Shown piece after piece: positions 28,631-41,539 of a stretch of 64,000 bases of DNA. The first letter of the stretch is position 1. Every line of letters begins with the position of its first letter. Source of the stretch: Octopus vulgaris (taxonomy: Eukaryota). The notes under the pieces were generated by a model. That model worked only from the letters and a program-made list of their open reading frames with translations, was not told the DNA's origin and did no database searches. Location: NCBI GenBank assembly GCA_951406725.2, contig OX597823.1, forward strand, positions 106,826,001-106,890,000. Reading direction: 5' to 3'. Position numbers and translations under genes: made by a program.

Positions 28631-29299
28631 CAAACACTCGTGCATAAACTCTCAAACACACATAGGAGAGATGTTTGAGTAAATGTATACATACAGACAG
28701 ACAGACAAGTAGACTGACAGTCAGACTGACTGATTGACTGGCTGACTGACTGACTGACTGACTGACAGATCGATTGATTGATAGTTTGATCCCGACTTCC
28801 AAGTAAATGAGAAAATGGATAAGGTTTCGAACAGAGTAACCGGTCTTTTCCAGATATGATCTGAGATAATGCTACCCCTAATATGTAAGATGGATGCCGC
28901 AAACGTATGCATTGCATTTATGATACAATACCACCCGGTCATCTTGCTTGTTCTAGCTTTCTTTTGAACAGGTAAGAATGTATGTTTTGTTTCGTGAAAA
29001 TGGTGCAGTTCACTGAACAGAAAGTTCATATGCAGTTGAAACACTCTTTATACGGTACTCAGTATTCATAAGTTCATCACGTGTACAATAATGTATTGGG
29101 GCCGCGGCACAAGCAGAAACTCCCGAACAATGGTCGCTGTTTGTTGAGCATGTGATCCCAATGTTGGTTTATTTTTGCGGATTTGCAGAGTGAGTTAAAC
29201 GAAGGCCTAATTTGGGCGCCATGTCACCACAATCTTCGGGAGTTCACAGTTCTCCACCGATCTTTTAACACAATCGGTGGTACCGCAACCATTGCATTT

Positions 29300-30115
29300 T
29301 AGAGAGGATTAGTGGTGGGTAACAGCGCCAACAAAAGTCAACAGAGTAAACCTATTACAGTATTTCGTCCTTAAGACTTTGAACAACTTCCAGAAATCTT
29401 TGGCCTTATACCTAAAGCGAGAAACGTTGCTGATTTGGGATAAACTTTTCAGGTCGGAAAGTAATGGAAGCCATGTCCCTACGAGTGGTATGCAAAGTGC
29501 TGAATCAATTTTGCGATCACTCATTCAGTGCCCAAGCATTGGCAGTATGTAGTATAATGCTCAACAACTGTTGTCACGTGTAGGACAGATCTGACTCTCA
29601 TTTGGATTCATCGAGAGGATCATACACCGACTTCCTGCCTGGATGTGCAGGAAGTTTTCCTTCGTATGGCGACTGTTGTGAAAATGGTTGTACGGTCAAC
29701 AAGTTCAATAAATTCTAGTCAAGGACCCTTTTTCTTTTTCAGGCAAACTTTCATTGATTTTTATAAGTTCTACAAAAAAAAAAAAACGAAAGTTAGGGTG
29801 GAGGAGGATGATCTGGCCTCCAGGGAATTTTGCCGAACGGAGTGGGTGATATTGGCCAGAATATTCCTTCTCTAAGCGTCTATTTGTCAAGGAACAAAGC
29901 TAGAAGAGTATATTTACCCTTGGTGGTACCTATACCCCCTTAGTTGTAGATTCTTTGATTAATTCTAGGAGAGTATCCTCTAACGGGAGTGCGTAACTTC
30001 ACTTTGGGATATTGGAAGTTTTTTCCGAATCTTTTCTATGAAAACCTCCACCATTATTGTAATATGTACTCGTAATATTATCTCATCCATCGCCCCTGTG
30101 GTAAATAAAATAAAT
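29300..30115 (+). mobile_element. Older, decayed relative of the Tx1/L1-like LINE
   Basis: LNNFQKSLA, LIQCPSIG..QQLLSRVGQ and QTFIDFYKF..KVRVEEDDLASREFCRTEWVILAR align with the 12332 ORF; 3' end cccctgtggtaaataaa resembles ccctgtgtggctaataaa; 5' limit uncertain. Confidence 0.75.
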
Positions 30116-30689
30116 CATTAGTATCTTTTTTTTTATTTTTATTAACAGTCATATTGTTTATATTGTTTCTAAGGGATCTGTTGTTTTAATGAAACAGCAC
30201 GAAAGAAAGCAACATATACTCGACATATGTGTGAAGTTACTATTTGCAAACATAATAAAATCCCCCACCACCCCACCCCACAATGCCCTTTTCCTCTTCC
30301 TCATTCTCTTCCATCTCCTATTTTACTTCTTTCACAAAAGAATCGTTCTAAAATATACTGAAGCTTTTATTAAAATTTATTTAAGCTTCGAGAATTTCTA
30401 TAGACGAAACAGTTGTCAACAGCTTTTTTAATTGTAAAGAATTTTTTATAGTCGAAACAAACAATATAATGGTACAGATTCGTACAACATTTACAGGAAA
30501 CCATCTTGCTAACAACCGTTCTTCGAGCTGATACTAAATAGGAACTTCAAGACACGGTACAGACTGAGCAATATGAAGGCCTTTCATAAACTACAATTAG
30601 CTGCTATCGTTGTAGATTGCAGAAAGCTATTGTATAGAAGCACAAAGACACACAGACATGTGATAAACACATATATGCATACGCAAACG

Positions 30690-31780
<1,091 letters not shown>

Positions 31781-32115
31781 GTCCTGGTCCATACTGTGTT
31801 TGTTCTTTTTCTCTTTTTTTTAGTTCTGTTTGTTATTTTAAAATCGAGGGTTTTTGTTTTTCAGTTTCTTTTTTATATTTTCCCATTTTGCTTTGTAAAT
31901 TTGTGAATTTGTATGGGTGTGGGTGTTTATCTAGACGTGTTTGTGTGAATGTGTGGATGTGAGTATATGTGGGTGTGTGCGTATGTGTGTGTGTGTGTGT
32001 GTGTGTGCTTGTATGCATCTCTGCATATTATTTCAAGAAAGGGGTGGGGGAATACGTGTCTGTTCAAAATAACAACGTGATTCAAGCAATCAATATGTGT
32101 GTGTATGTGTGTGTT

Positions 32116-32199
<84 letters not shown>

Positions 32200-32569
32200 C
32201 CCTCGCATACAAAAGCATACACCAACACACAGGCACACACAGTCATTTGAAATTTACGTATGTGCACATACGCATGGACGCATATAGATATAACAACACA
32301 CGCATATAGACACACATAGACACTCACGAGTGTATGGAATGGAATAGTAATTAGAAAAATTCGCCAATAAATAGAATGGAAGATAAAACAGAATTTAAAG
32401 AGGAAAATTAAACTACTCTGTATTGTTATACGGAGAGAGTGTTGTGTTTTAAAACTGGCCTTGTTTCATGTTGTAAGGGAGGGCGGATTGAGGGAGGGAG
32501 GGAGGATTGGAGGGGAGAGAGGGATTTGGGAAGTGGGTATTACGGAGAGGGGATATATGTATACACACA

Positions 32570-32621
<52 letters not shown>

Positions 32622-32635
32622 TGTTTATAATATAG

Positions 32636-32862
32636 CTTTTATCTTTTAACTGCTTCAGTCCTTAAACTGTGGCCATGCTGGGGCACCGCCTTGAAGAACT
32701 TTTAGTCGAATGAATCGACCCCAGGACTTTTTAAAACTTATTCTTTTTCTTTTTTGGTTGTGGGAGGGGTGTTCTTAATGCCCAACCGCTATGTTACGGG
32801 GCACAAACAAACCAAGACCGATTATCAAGCATTGGTGGAGGACAAACACAGACTCCCACACA
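32636..32862 (-). mobile_element. SINE family B 3' half
   Basis: ggccatgctggggcaccgccttg..tagtcgaatgaatcgaccccagg. Confidence 0.8.
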
Positions 32863-32869
32863 TACATAT

Positions 32870-33410
32870 ATGCGAAGGATTAGCCAAAATTAACCGGAAA
32901 TGTTCACTGTGGGACAAGCCTGTTGTAGTTCAGACTTCCACCGCTAGAAGTTACTTGATGTGACACTCAGGCATCAGCCTTCCGACCGGCGTCGTCGAGT
33001 GAGATCGTACAGTCACGTGGTGCGTCTCTGTCTTGCAGTGCTTCTTCCCTGTTCATCGATTTTTGTGAGGGCTGAAACGAAGGAAAGGAGTGCTTCCGTG
33101 AAATTCTATTTTCTGTTGGGGAAAACGGCGGCCGAAACAGTTGCCTTACTTCAAACAACTTACAAAGACGCTGCCATGAGCAAAACACGTTTACGAGAGG
33201 TTACCATGCTTTAGGAATGGTCACTTGCCGCTTGAAGACCAACCTCCTTCAGGACAACCGTCTACCTGCCGAACGAATGGAAAAATCCTGAAAATCTTTG
33301 AACTGATATTGAAGGACCGTCACCGAACAACTGAGGAACTTATTGATAAACTGGTGTGTCCTGGAGCTCCTGCCAACGAATTTTGAGAGAGGACTGGCGA
33401 AAGAATAGCT
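32870..33410 (+). pseudogene. Decayed mariner-like transposon 5' part (HTH region)
   Basis: ERSASVKFYFLLGKTAAETVALLQTTYKDAAMSK..FRNGHLPLEDQPPSGQPST resembles mariner N-terminal HTH and EDxPRSGRP motifs. Confidence 0.75.
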
Positions 33411-33514
33411 TAATATTGCAAAATTCCGGTGTATGTATGTATGCATGTATGTATGCATTATGTACGCATGCATGTATGCATGTATGTATGCATGTATGTA
33501 TGTATGTATGTATA

Positions 33515-33578
<64 letters not shown>

Positions 33579-33676
33579 CGGGAAACTTTATGAAAATAGA
33601 CAAAAGACGAAGGCAGGTGGAAAACAAACGAACAATTGTATTAGTATGGCGCTCAGGAAATATAAATAAAACAAGT

Positions 33677-33712
33677 CTTTAACGTTTCGAGCCTACGCTC
33701 TTCAACAGAAAG
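33677..33712 (-). ncRNA. Minimal hammerhead-like motif in the Penelope-like terminal repeat (core CUGUUGA)
   Basis: cttt-CTGTTGA-a-gagc(gtag)gctc-GAAAC-GTT-aaag. Confidence 0.6.
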
Positions 33713-33894
33713 ATACACAGAGAGAAAAAAACACAGAAAGAAGGAGAGAAAAAAATGCGTGCAGTAGCTAACGAATCAACATGGCGATCTGATTTCGGCC
33801 AGAGGTCAAAGATCAAACATGAGACGCGAGAGCGAAATAAGGGGAGATAATAGGGTTGATAATAGGGTTGATAATAGGGTTGAAGGACCAGCTA

Positions 33895-34240
33895 ATAGTG
33901 CGTAGGAGGGGTCTGGACGTGTGTATGTATAGGGTTGGTGTATGTATTAGTATGTATAAGGGTGTGTGTGTGTGTGTGTGTGTGTATGAGAGAGTATTAG
34001 TGCGTAGGATTGGTCTGGACGTGCGTATGTATGGGGTTGGTGTATGTATTAGTATGTATTAGTACGTATTAGTATGTATAAGTGTGTGTGTGTGTGTATA
34101 AGTGTGTGTGTGTATGAGAGAGTATAAGTGCGTATGAGGGGTCTGGACGTGTGTATGTATAGGGTTGGTGTATGTATTAGTATGTATTAGTATGTATTAG
34201 TACGTATTAGTATGTATTAGTTGGTGTATGTATTAGTATG
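33895..34240. repeat. Three imperfect ~100-130 bp tandem units in the element's 3' region
   Basis: ggtctggacgtg..tatgtat.gggttggtgtatgtattagtatgtat occurs three times. Confidence 0.8.
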
Positions 34241-34599
34241 GCACATCATATATGATGTGATGTGTAAAGTCGTGTGGTGTAGTGAGGAGAAGAGGGGGAG
34301 GGGGAGAAGAGGGGGAGAGAAGGGGAGGGGAAGAAGAGTGGGAGGAGAGGGGGAAGAGGAGAGGAGGGGAGAGGAGGCGGAGAATGAAGGGGAGGAGGGG
34401 GAGGAAGGAGGAAAGAGGGAGAGGGGGAGAGAGAAGGGGAGTGAGGGAGTGAGGGAGCAGAGGGAAGGGGAAGAGGGAAGGAGGGAGGGAGAAAGAGGGA
34501 AGAAGGGAAGGGGAGTAGGGGTGAAAGGATGAAGGACTGAAGAAGTAGGGGTCGGGGGGAAAGGATAGGTGAGGAGGGGGGAGAGGGGGTTAGATGAGG

Positions 34600-35571
34600 A
34601 GGGGGGAGAGTTGAGACCAAATGGCGTATAAGAGCGAAGAGAGAAGATTAATTCCTGTTCACGGCGCAAACGGGAATCCGGATGGCCTCTGTGTAAGGAC
34701 AAACCGAACACAGATAGGTGTTGCAAGGAGTGACCGGTGGAGCGGAAATGGCGTGAGACCGGTGTGTCGTTCGCAAGGTGGATGTCACGAAGGTGTTCCG
34801 CGAACCGGTCAGTCAAGCGGCGTCCCGTTTGACCGATGTACAAGGAATTGCAGAGAGAGAGCAAGAGATGCAATAGATAATATTGCTGGAGGTGCAGGTG
34901 AAGGAGTGGATGATGGGATAGGGTCGATGGTGGGTGCTAGTGAGGCGGGTGGTGTTGGAGAGGTAAGGGCAAGTGCGGCAACGTGGGCGGGAGCAGGGGA
35001 ACGAGCCGGGTTGGGAGGTAGGGTCAGGGAAGGAGCTATGGACCAAAAGGTCTCGAAGGTTGTGGGCTCGTTTGAAAGAGGGGAGGGGTCGGTTAGGGAA
35101 GAGGTGTGAAGTGGACGGGTCGGACTGGAGATGACGGAAAGCTCGAAGAATGGTGCGTTGGAGACGTAGGGTCGTGGGGTGGTAAGTGAGGGGAAAAGGG
35201 AGGCGGGAGACTACAGGGCGGGTTCGGGGAGAGAGAGCAGATACACGGTCCACGGACCGTGCTCTGGCAAGGGCGGTGTGGATAGTGGTGAGGGGGTATC
35301 CACGTAGGGTGAAGTGGTGAGCCATACGTTGAGACTGAGTCTCAAAGTCATGGTCGTCACTACAGAGCCTACGAAGACGGAGGAATTGGGAATAGGGGAT
35401 GGAAAGCTTGGTGTGTTCTGGGTGGGAGGAAGAGAAGTTGAGGTATGAGTGTGAGTCTGTGTGTTTGTAGTGAATGGAGGTGGTAAGAGTGGAGTGAAGA
35501 ATGCTAACCGAATTGTCGAGGAAGGAGACAGAGGTGTTGGAGATAGTGGAAGTGAAGTGGAGGGCTGGATG

Positions 35572-35573
<2 letters not shown>
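34600..35573 (-). pseudogene. Penelope-like RT C-terminus plus GIY-YIG endonuclease, one frameshift near 34855
   Basis: SVSFLD..HYKHTDSHSYLNFSSSHPEHTKLSIPYSQFLRLRRLCS..RGYP; FPCSRPRCRTCPY; NIIYCISC / CNSLYIGQTGRRLTDRFAEH..HF..RLRREQELI..PFGLN. Confidence 0.9.
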
Positions 35574-35631
<58 letters not shown>

Positions 35632-35720
35632 GGCTAGTGAAATCAGTGAATTTATTTCACTAGATTTCTTATATGTTTACAAGGGCTGGACAGGCATCTC
35701 CAACTAGCAGGCCATTCTAC

Positions 35721-35762
35721 TCCAGACTGATGACGAGCAAGACTCAGAAACTAGTCTCTGGA
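35721..35762 (+). ncRNA. Type I minimal hammerhead ribozyme motif
   Basis: tccaga-CTGATGA-c-gag(caaga)ctc-a-GAAAC-ta-GTC-tctgga; palindromic ACTAGT stem III; GUC site. Confidence 0.75.
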
Positions 35763-35949
35763 TGGAGGCTTAGCTGGGTGTAGGTGCTTGTCTCCCCCTT
35801 GCAAACATAAGGACACAGGAAATGTGTCAAGGCCGACAGGAAGCGTTGCTGCTGCCCAAAGCTAACTAGTAGTAGTGTGATTACCTTCACGGGACTGTCA
35901 CATTAAGTTGACAGTATACAACTACTCTCTCTGTCTCTGTCTCTCTGAA

Positions 35950-35980
<31 letters not shown>

Positions 35981-36499
35981 ATATATATAGGGGGAGAGAG
36001 AAGGGGGAGAAAGAGGATGGGAGAGAGAGAGATGTGGTGACAGATATACAGGCATAGCGAAACAAAAGAGAAGGAAGAAGAGAAAGTAGATTAGGGACAA
36101 GGATACAGAGAGTAAAACGTAATGTATGATAATGTAAGTGTGGGGGAGAGAAAGAGAGAGAGGGGGAGGGAGGGAGGGAGAAAGAGAAAGAGCGTGAGAG
36201 AGTAGGGCGGGCAATGAAAGAGAGACACAAAGGAAGAGAGAGAGAGAGAGAGAAAAGAGAAGCATGACGTATTTGGACAAAGATACAGAGAGTTTGGGAA
36301 AAACAAAGGAGAGTAAGAGAAAATGAGTGGAGAGTGAAGGGGAGAGTGAGTGGGAAGACAAAGAGATGGGGAGAGTGCGAGTGGGGATCATGAAAGAGAA
36401 AGAGAATCAGAAAAGTAAAACATGGAGACAAAAAAATTGAAATGAGAAGAGAAAGCTAGAGAAACATATTCTTTTATTCTCTTATTCTTCTATTCTTCT

Positions 36500-36800
36500 A
36501 TTCTTCTATTCTTTTACTTGCTTCAGTCATTGAAGGTTTTAGTCGAACATATCGATACCACTACTCATTTTTGTCTGGTACTTTATTTTATCGGTTCCTT
36601 TTTGCCGAAGCGCTAGATGTGAGGGTGTAAAAGTACCTACATTGTTTGTGAGGCGGTGGTGGCCGAACACAAACCCAAAAAACGCACACGAACATAACAA
36701 TATGTGTATGTGTATGTACGGAAACCTAACCATATTTACTCACAATGTGTTTGTCTACCGTAGAAGACCCAAGGTACCATGCAATGACATTGAACACCAC
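36500..36800 (-). mobile_element. Diverged SINE family B copy
   Basis: ttttacttgcttcagtcattg..tagtcgaacatatcga..tttttgccgaagcgctag. Confidence 0.7.
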
Positions 36801-36939
36801 ACGCTCAGACCTGCACCATGCTAGAACATTAAAAAGAACGGAGAAATTGGAGCAGGTTGCTCCGAGACGTACATTTTGGAGAAATACATAAGGTCTGTTA
36901 TATGTATTAAATATTTATTATTTTCTTCATCAATGTTTC

Positions 36940-37170
36940 CATCGGAACGAATGCACAAACGCTTACACGGAAAAAAAAAATCGTGTACCATACACATTAT
37001 CTCAGACACTCTTTACTGTTAACAAAACTTTCCGACGAACGGGAACGTGAAACTCTGAGTAATAGCTTTTGTTATATTTCAGCTGCTTTTAAATAAAGCA
37101 TATTACTCTACCTCTGGTATTTGAGTTCTCTTTTTTCCAACTTGTTTCACATTTAAGTGCTTACTCCGGT

Positions 37171-37222
<52 letters not shown>

Positions 37223-37300
37223 CGGAGTAAACACATAAATGTGAAACAAGGTGGAAAAAAGAGTACTCAAATACCAGTGGTAGAGTAATATGCTTTATTG
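36940..37300. mobile_element. Short element with a hammerhead-like motif plus an inverted copy of its 3' end across a (CA)(TA) tract
   Basis: CCGACGA-acg(ggaa)cgt-GAAAC-tctga-GTA at 37032-37061; 37092-37170 is inverted at 37221-37299. Confidence 0.65.
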
Positions 37301-37326
37301 TTGAATTTTCTGCTGCTTAAAATAAA

Positions 37327-37384
<58 letters not shown>

Positions 37385-37390
<6 letters not shown>

Positions 37391-37850
37391 TCTCTTGCTC
37401 CGACTCCTACTTCTTCTCTTCACTCCTGCTCTCTTTCTCTCTTCTCTTTACTCCTACCCACCTTCTCCTTTCCCCTCTCCCTTAATCGTTACCCCCTCCC
37501 TCGTAACCCCACCCCTGCACAATCCAACTCCACCTTCCCTATCCATCCCACACACCTCATCCTTTACACCCACTCCCACATACCCCACCTCTACTCCCAG
37601 CCCCACACTATCACCCACACACCTACACATACGTACACGCACACGTCAAGGTCACCAGCACTCTTCCACACGATAGATCGCTAGCCACTACACATTCCTT
37701 ATTTTCTCTCCTTGTTTCTTTCTGTGTTCCTTTCTGTGGAAGAGCGTAGGCTCGAAACGTTAAAGACTTTTTTGCTTCCCGAGCATTATACTAATACACC
37801 TGTTTGTTGTCTACACCACCTGTCTTCGTCTTTTGTTTTTCTGAAATTCT

Positions 37851-37853
<3 letters not shown>
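37385..37853 (+). mobile_element. Penelope-like 3' terminal fragment between (TA)n tracts
   Basis: Similar to the reverse complement of 33578-33790; hammerhead-like motif at 37730-37765. Confidence 0.8.
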
Positions 37854-37936
<83 letters not shown>

Positions 37937-37971
37937 ATATATATATATATATACACACACACATATATATA

Positions 37972-38014
<43 letters not shown>

Positions 38015-39484
38015 GTATGCATATATATATAGTGAGAGAGAGAGAGAGAGAGGAGAGAGAGCTGGAGAGATGGATAGATAGACAGGGAGACAGAGAGTGG
38101 GGGAAGAGAGAGAGAGAGGGTTAAAGTAGTGCGAGAAGGTGATAGAAAAAGATTGAAAGAGTAACAAATAGAAATGGCTGATATGAAAGAAGAGATAGTG
38201 TATAAATGTGTGTGTGTGTGTGCATGTACGTATATGTGTGTGTTTGTGTGTATATGTGAGGGTGAGAGAGAGAGAATGAAAGAGAAACAGTGAGAAAGGG
38301 AGGGAAGAGAAACATATGAGAGAATATGAAAGTTATGATAAAAGAAGCGAAAGAGAAAAAAAGAGCGAAAGAGGTGAGTAAAAAAATTAAACGGGAGACG
38401 ACGAAAATAAAGGGAGGTTGAAAATATCGAGAGCGGAGGGTTGAAGTGAATAAATATAAATAAAAGAGACATTGATATTGGAGAATGAAAAATAAGGGAG
38501 ATCAGAAGAAAACATAAAAAAAAGAATAATATAATTAATAAAAATAAAGTATCCGAAAACGTGTGAAAAAAAGGGAGAAAAAATTCAAAAGCGTGTAAAC
38601 AATTATTGATCTTTAAATACATCCGGTTTCTATGAATGATGGGTATTTTAGAGCTTGTATACGCCAAGCAAATATAAGCATTTTATTATTGACTCAAATA
38701 TAAACACGTAAATAACTATAAAGACATGAATGGCATTAAAATAAAACTAAATTTAAAAACCAGTGATTAAATAAATAAATAAATTGTTGTAAAATTTAAG
38801 TTACACACACATACAAACACATATATATATATGTATATAATTATATGTATAGGTTGTAAACGTGTGTAAGTGTGTCTATGCGTGTATGTATTGTAAAATT
38901 GTAAAGAGAAATATATAGGCTTAATTTAAACATTTTAGCAGGGAAATTTTATTCGTTTCGTTGTTGTGGCAAAGAATAAAGAGAAATTTTGATTTTTATT
39001 GCTGGAACATGTTTGAAAATAATGGCCAAGAATTGCTTAATCAATATTCAATAATTGTGTAAATAATAACATGTTAACTTGTGATATTTCCTTACTGTCT
39101 GGTCATGACTACTTCTGGTAAAACATTATCCTGGCTTTGCTGTTGTCTGACGAAGTGGAGGAGGTTGGAAGGTGGCTACAGAAATGAATTGCACTAATTA
39201 TGTAGACATATGTACATTCACACACACCTATCAACACACACACACCTATTAACACATATACACGTATCAAGACACACAGAGACACACGCACATTTAAAAT
39301 TATATACTTTATTCAATATACATTGCTGTTAAATGATCACATAAGCGTACACACGTATGCACACAGCTACACTACACCACTTTATATACAGGCAATAATA
39401 ATTGAAAACAGAATCAACGAGGAACAAATGGCACATCTGATAGAGTCTTTTCGGTGCTCGGTTCTCAATCAACTTTTCAGTTCC

Positions 39485-39704
39485 TGCGGCGATACATTAC
39501 AATATAAACTGATAGTAACCTAACTATTGGAATTCCATGCATATGGCGTCCCTGAGTAATTAACCTTGGTTATTTATTTATTTACTTATTTGTGCAGCGA
39601 TACATTACAATAGAAACTGATAGTAACCTAACTATTGGAATTTCATGCACATGGCATCCCTGAGTAATTAACCTTGGTTATTTATTTATTTACTTATTTG
39701 TGCA
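39485..39704. repeat. 108-bp tandem duplication (2 copies)
   Basis: gcgatacattacaata..aactgatagtaacctaactattggaatt..tttgtgca repeated. Confidence 0.9.
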
Positions 39705-40715
39705 CTTTTGTTACTTATGTTTGCGTATAATATTCTACATCAGAAATTTGGCTGGGGAAAATGACCTCAAGAGAGGTTCAACATAATAAATATGCATACA
39801 GCAGGGTCTTGAAAGACGCACACAATTGAAATTATACACGAAATTGGTGGACAAAAACTTCTAGGAGCGTTGAAAATGTAAAAACTATAAGTAGGAGACA
39901 TAACTCTAATAAGATCAGGTGATCACTATTTCTAGCTAGTACAGTCAACATAAATTACAGCGTTGGCCTTTTAAAAAGGGTCCAATGAACTTCAGTCTTT
40001 ATCGTATATATTGTCCCAAAATTTCAATCATTTGATCTTATTGGATTTATCTCCCAATATTTTCAAACATGTTCCAGCAACAATGATCTCAGTTGGTAGT
40101 AGCTATTCACCATACTGCATTTGTGAGAACTTTCTGTGTTACAGTATTGTGTAACTACATAATATTTCTGTCTTCCGTATATCAGCTTGTTCAATGATGT
40201 TTGTATTTCCGTGACAAGACCTAATAAGGCTAAAATATGATCGTATTTGTTTCCCGTACTTACCAAAATAGTAGGTTTATAGAGTAATCTAGTTTCTGCG
40301 GTATTTTCTTCAACGCATAGTTGGTTTTAAGTAGATTATGTTGACATTACCTTAACTATTAATTTCATTAGCTTCATGAAAGAAAGGCATGTTGTTAGGG
40401 CCTGAGAAGGGACTCGGGTTAGAGGGATCATCAACAACTTCGAACAAACGTTTGCTGTGAAAATGGGTAATATTTGATAAACTTCAATTCTTATGGTCTC
40501 GTCCACCACAATACTGATCCCAGTAGCGGGTTGGAAAAAGAAAGAAGATATTCAGTGATTAGAAAGGAAGTGTTACACATTTTTGATAGACAAATAATAC
40601 TATAATATCTTTATTATAACATAGTTGTTGTTGTACATTCTTTAGACAGACATGAATCTGTGGTGAAACACATACAGAAATATCCGCGACCTCGTTTAGA
40701 ATCTACCAAATTATA

Positions 40716-41112
40716 TCTTTATATATGAAAGTCAAGTTGTGTGTCTGTCTCCTACGATTTAGATTCCTAACTACTCCTACATTTTGCGGTGCAGTTTAAC
40801 CAAAACCGGGTATCTTATAGTCGTGATTCATATCGAGCCCTTCTGGGTATTAGCGCGCGTCTACGTTGAGTCTACGATTAAAAAAAAAATTACCATAATT
40901 TTTTTCCATTTTAATGCATTTTTTCGCCATTATATAAGGGAAGTAACCCTCTAAAAATGTCTAGGATGAGTCAACGATTTAAAAAAAAATTACCATCATT
41001 TTTTTTTCCATTTTTAATGCATTTTTTAACTATTTTTTGGCTATAACTCTCTGAAAATGCTTATATAGTTATTTCCCTTACAAACCCGAGCAACGCCGGG
41101 CGATACTGCTAG
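40716..41112 (+). mobile_element. Non-autonomous Helitron-like element
   Basis: A|TC 5' end, CTAG|T 3' end, subterminal hairpin cccgagcaacgccggg (41085-41100), internal ~100 bp tandem duplication, no TSD. Confidence 0.8.
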
Positions 41113-41124
41113 TTGGTTATAATA

Positions 41125-41290
41125 CAGGTACAAGTCAACAAATTTGAGGACGGGGCAATAAGCCTTTACATAGTACTTGACTGGCAATTTATTTTATCGA
41201 TCACAAACTAATGAAAGACAAAGTTGATATCAACAAATTTGAACTAAAAAAGTAAAGTGTGGGTCACAAAATACGGTAGTTTAACGATTC
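41125..41290 (-). mobile_element. Highly diverged SINE family A-related copy
   Basis: ttttatcgatcacaaactaatgaaagacaaagttga..aatttgaact. Confidence 0.55.
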
Positions 41291-41297
41291 TCAGAAG

Positions 41298-41450
41298 GTA
41301 CATGGCCCAGAGATCATGCAACTCTGCCCTTGATCTTGATACAATCGTGGATTTGATTCTCGATCCGGCAGACGCGTTGTGTCCGAATGCAAAGCACTTT
41401 ATTTCACGTTGTTTGAGTTAAACTCAACTTGCTAAAACGGATGTTGATAC
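41298..41450 (+). mobile_element. Diverged SINE family C 5' part
   Basis: Degenerate tRNA-like head, then gcgttgtgtcc..gcactttatttcacgtt, shared in reverse with 60110-60148. Confidence 0.55.
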
Positions 41451-41539
41451 TGATTGAGCTCCCAGACTGGTTGTTGGCTGGAAATCAACCCAGTCAGACA
41501 ACCTTAAGAGGATTTTTTTCTGTGCGGCAGTAGAGTCTG

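Larger units (their letters stand above)
33578..35573 (-). mobile_element. 5'-truncated Penelope-like element (Neptune-like) between (TA)n tracts
   Basis: RT C-terminus, Cys-rich linker and GIY-YIG; 3' terminal repeat 33578-33790 shared with 37385 and 47274; (TA)n on both flanks. Confidence 0.9.

Noticed and set aside
33895-34240. CRISPR-like repeat-spacer pattern
   Set aside because: The spacers are microsatellite-like, the context is eukaryotic and there are no cas genes; it is an ordinary tandem repeat
34217-34600. Pro/Ser-rich extension of the GIY-YIG ORF and overlapping GA-rich ORFs
   Set aside because: Low-complexity purine/pyrimidine tract read-through
37786-38667. 293-aa hydrophobic ORF resembling a membrane protein
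   Set aside because: Reverse strand of a GA/A-rich low-complexity tract plus (TA)n; no domain motifs
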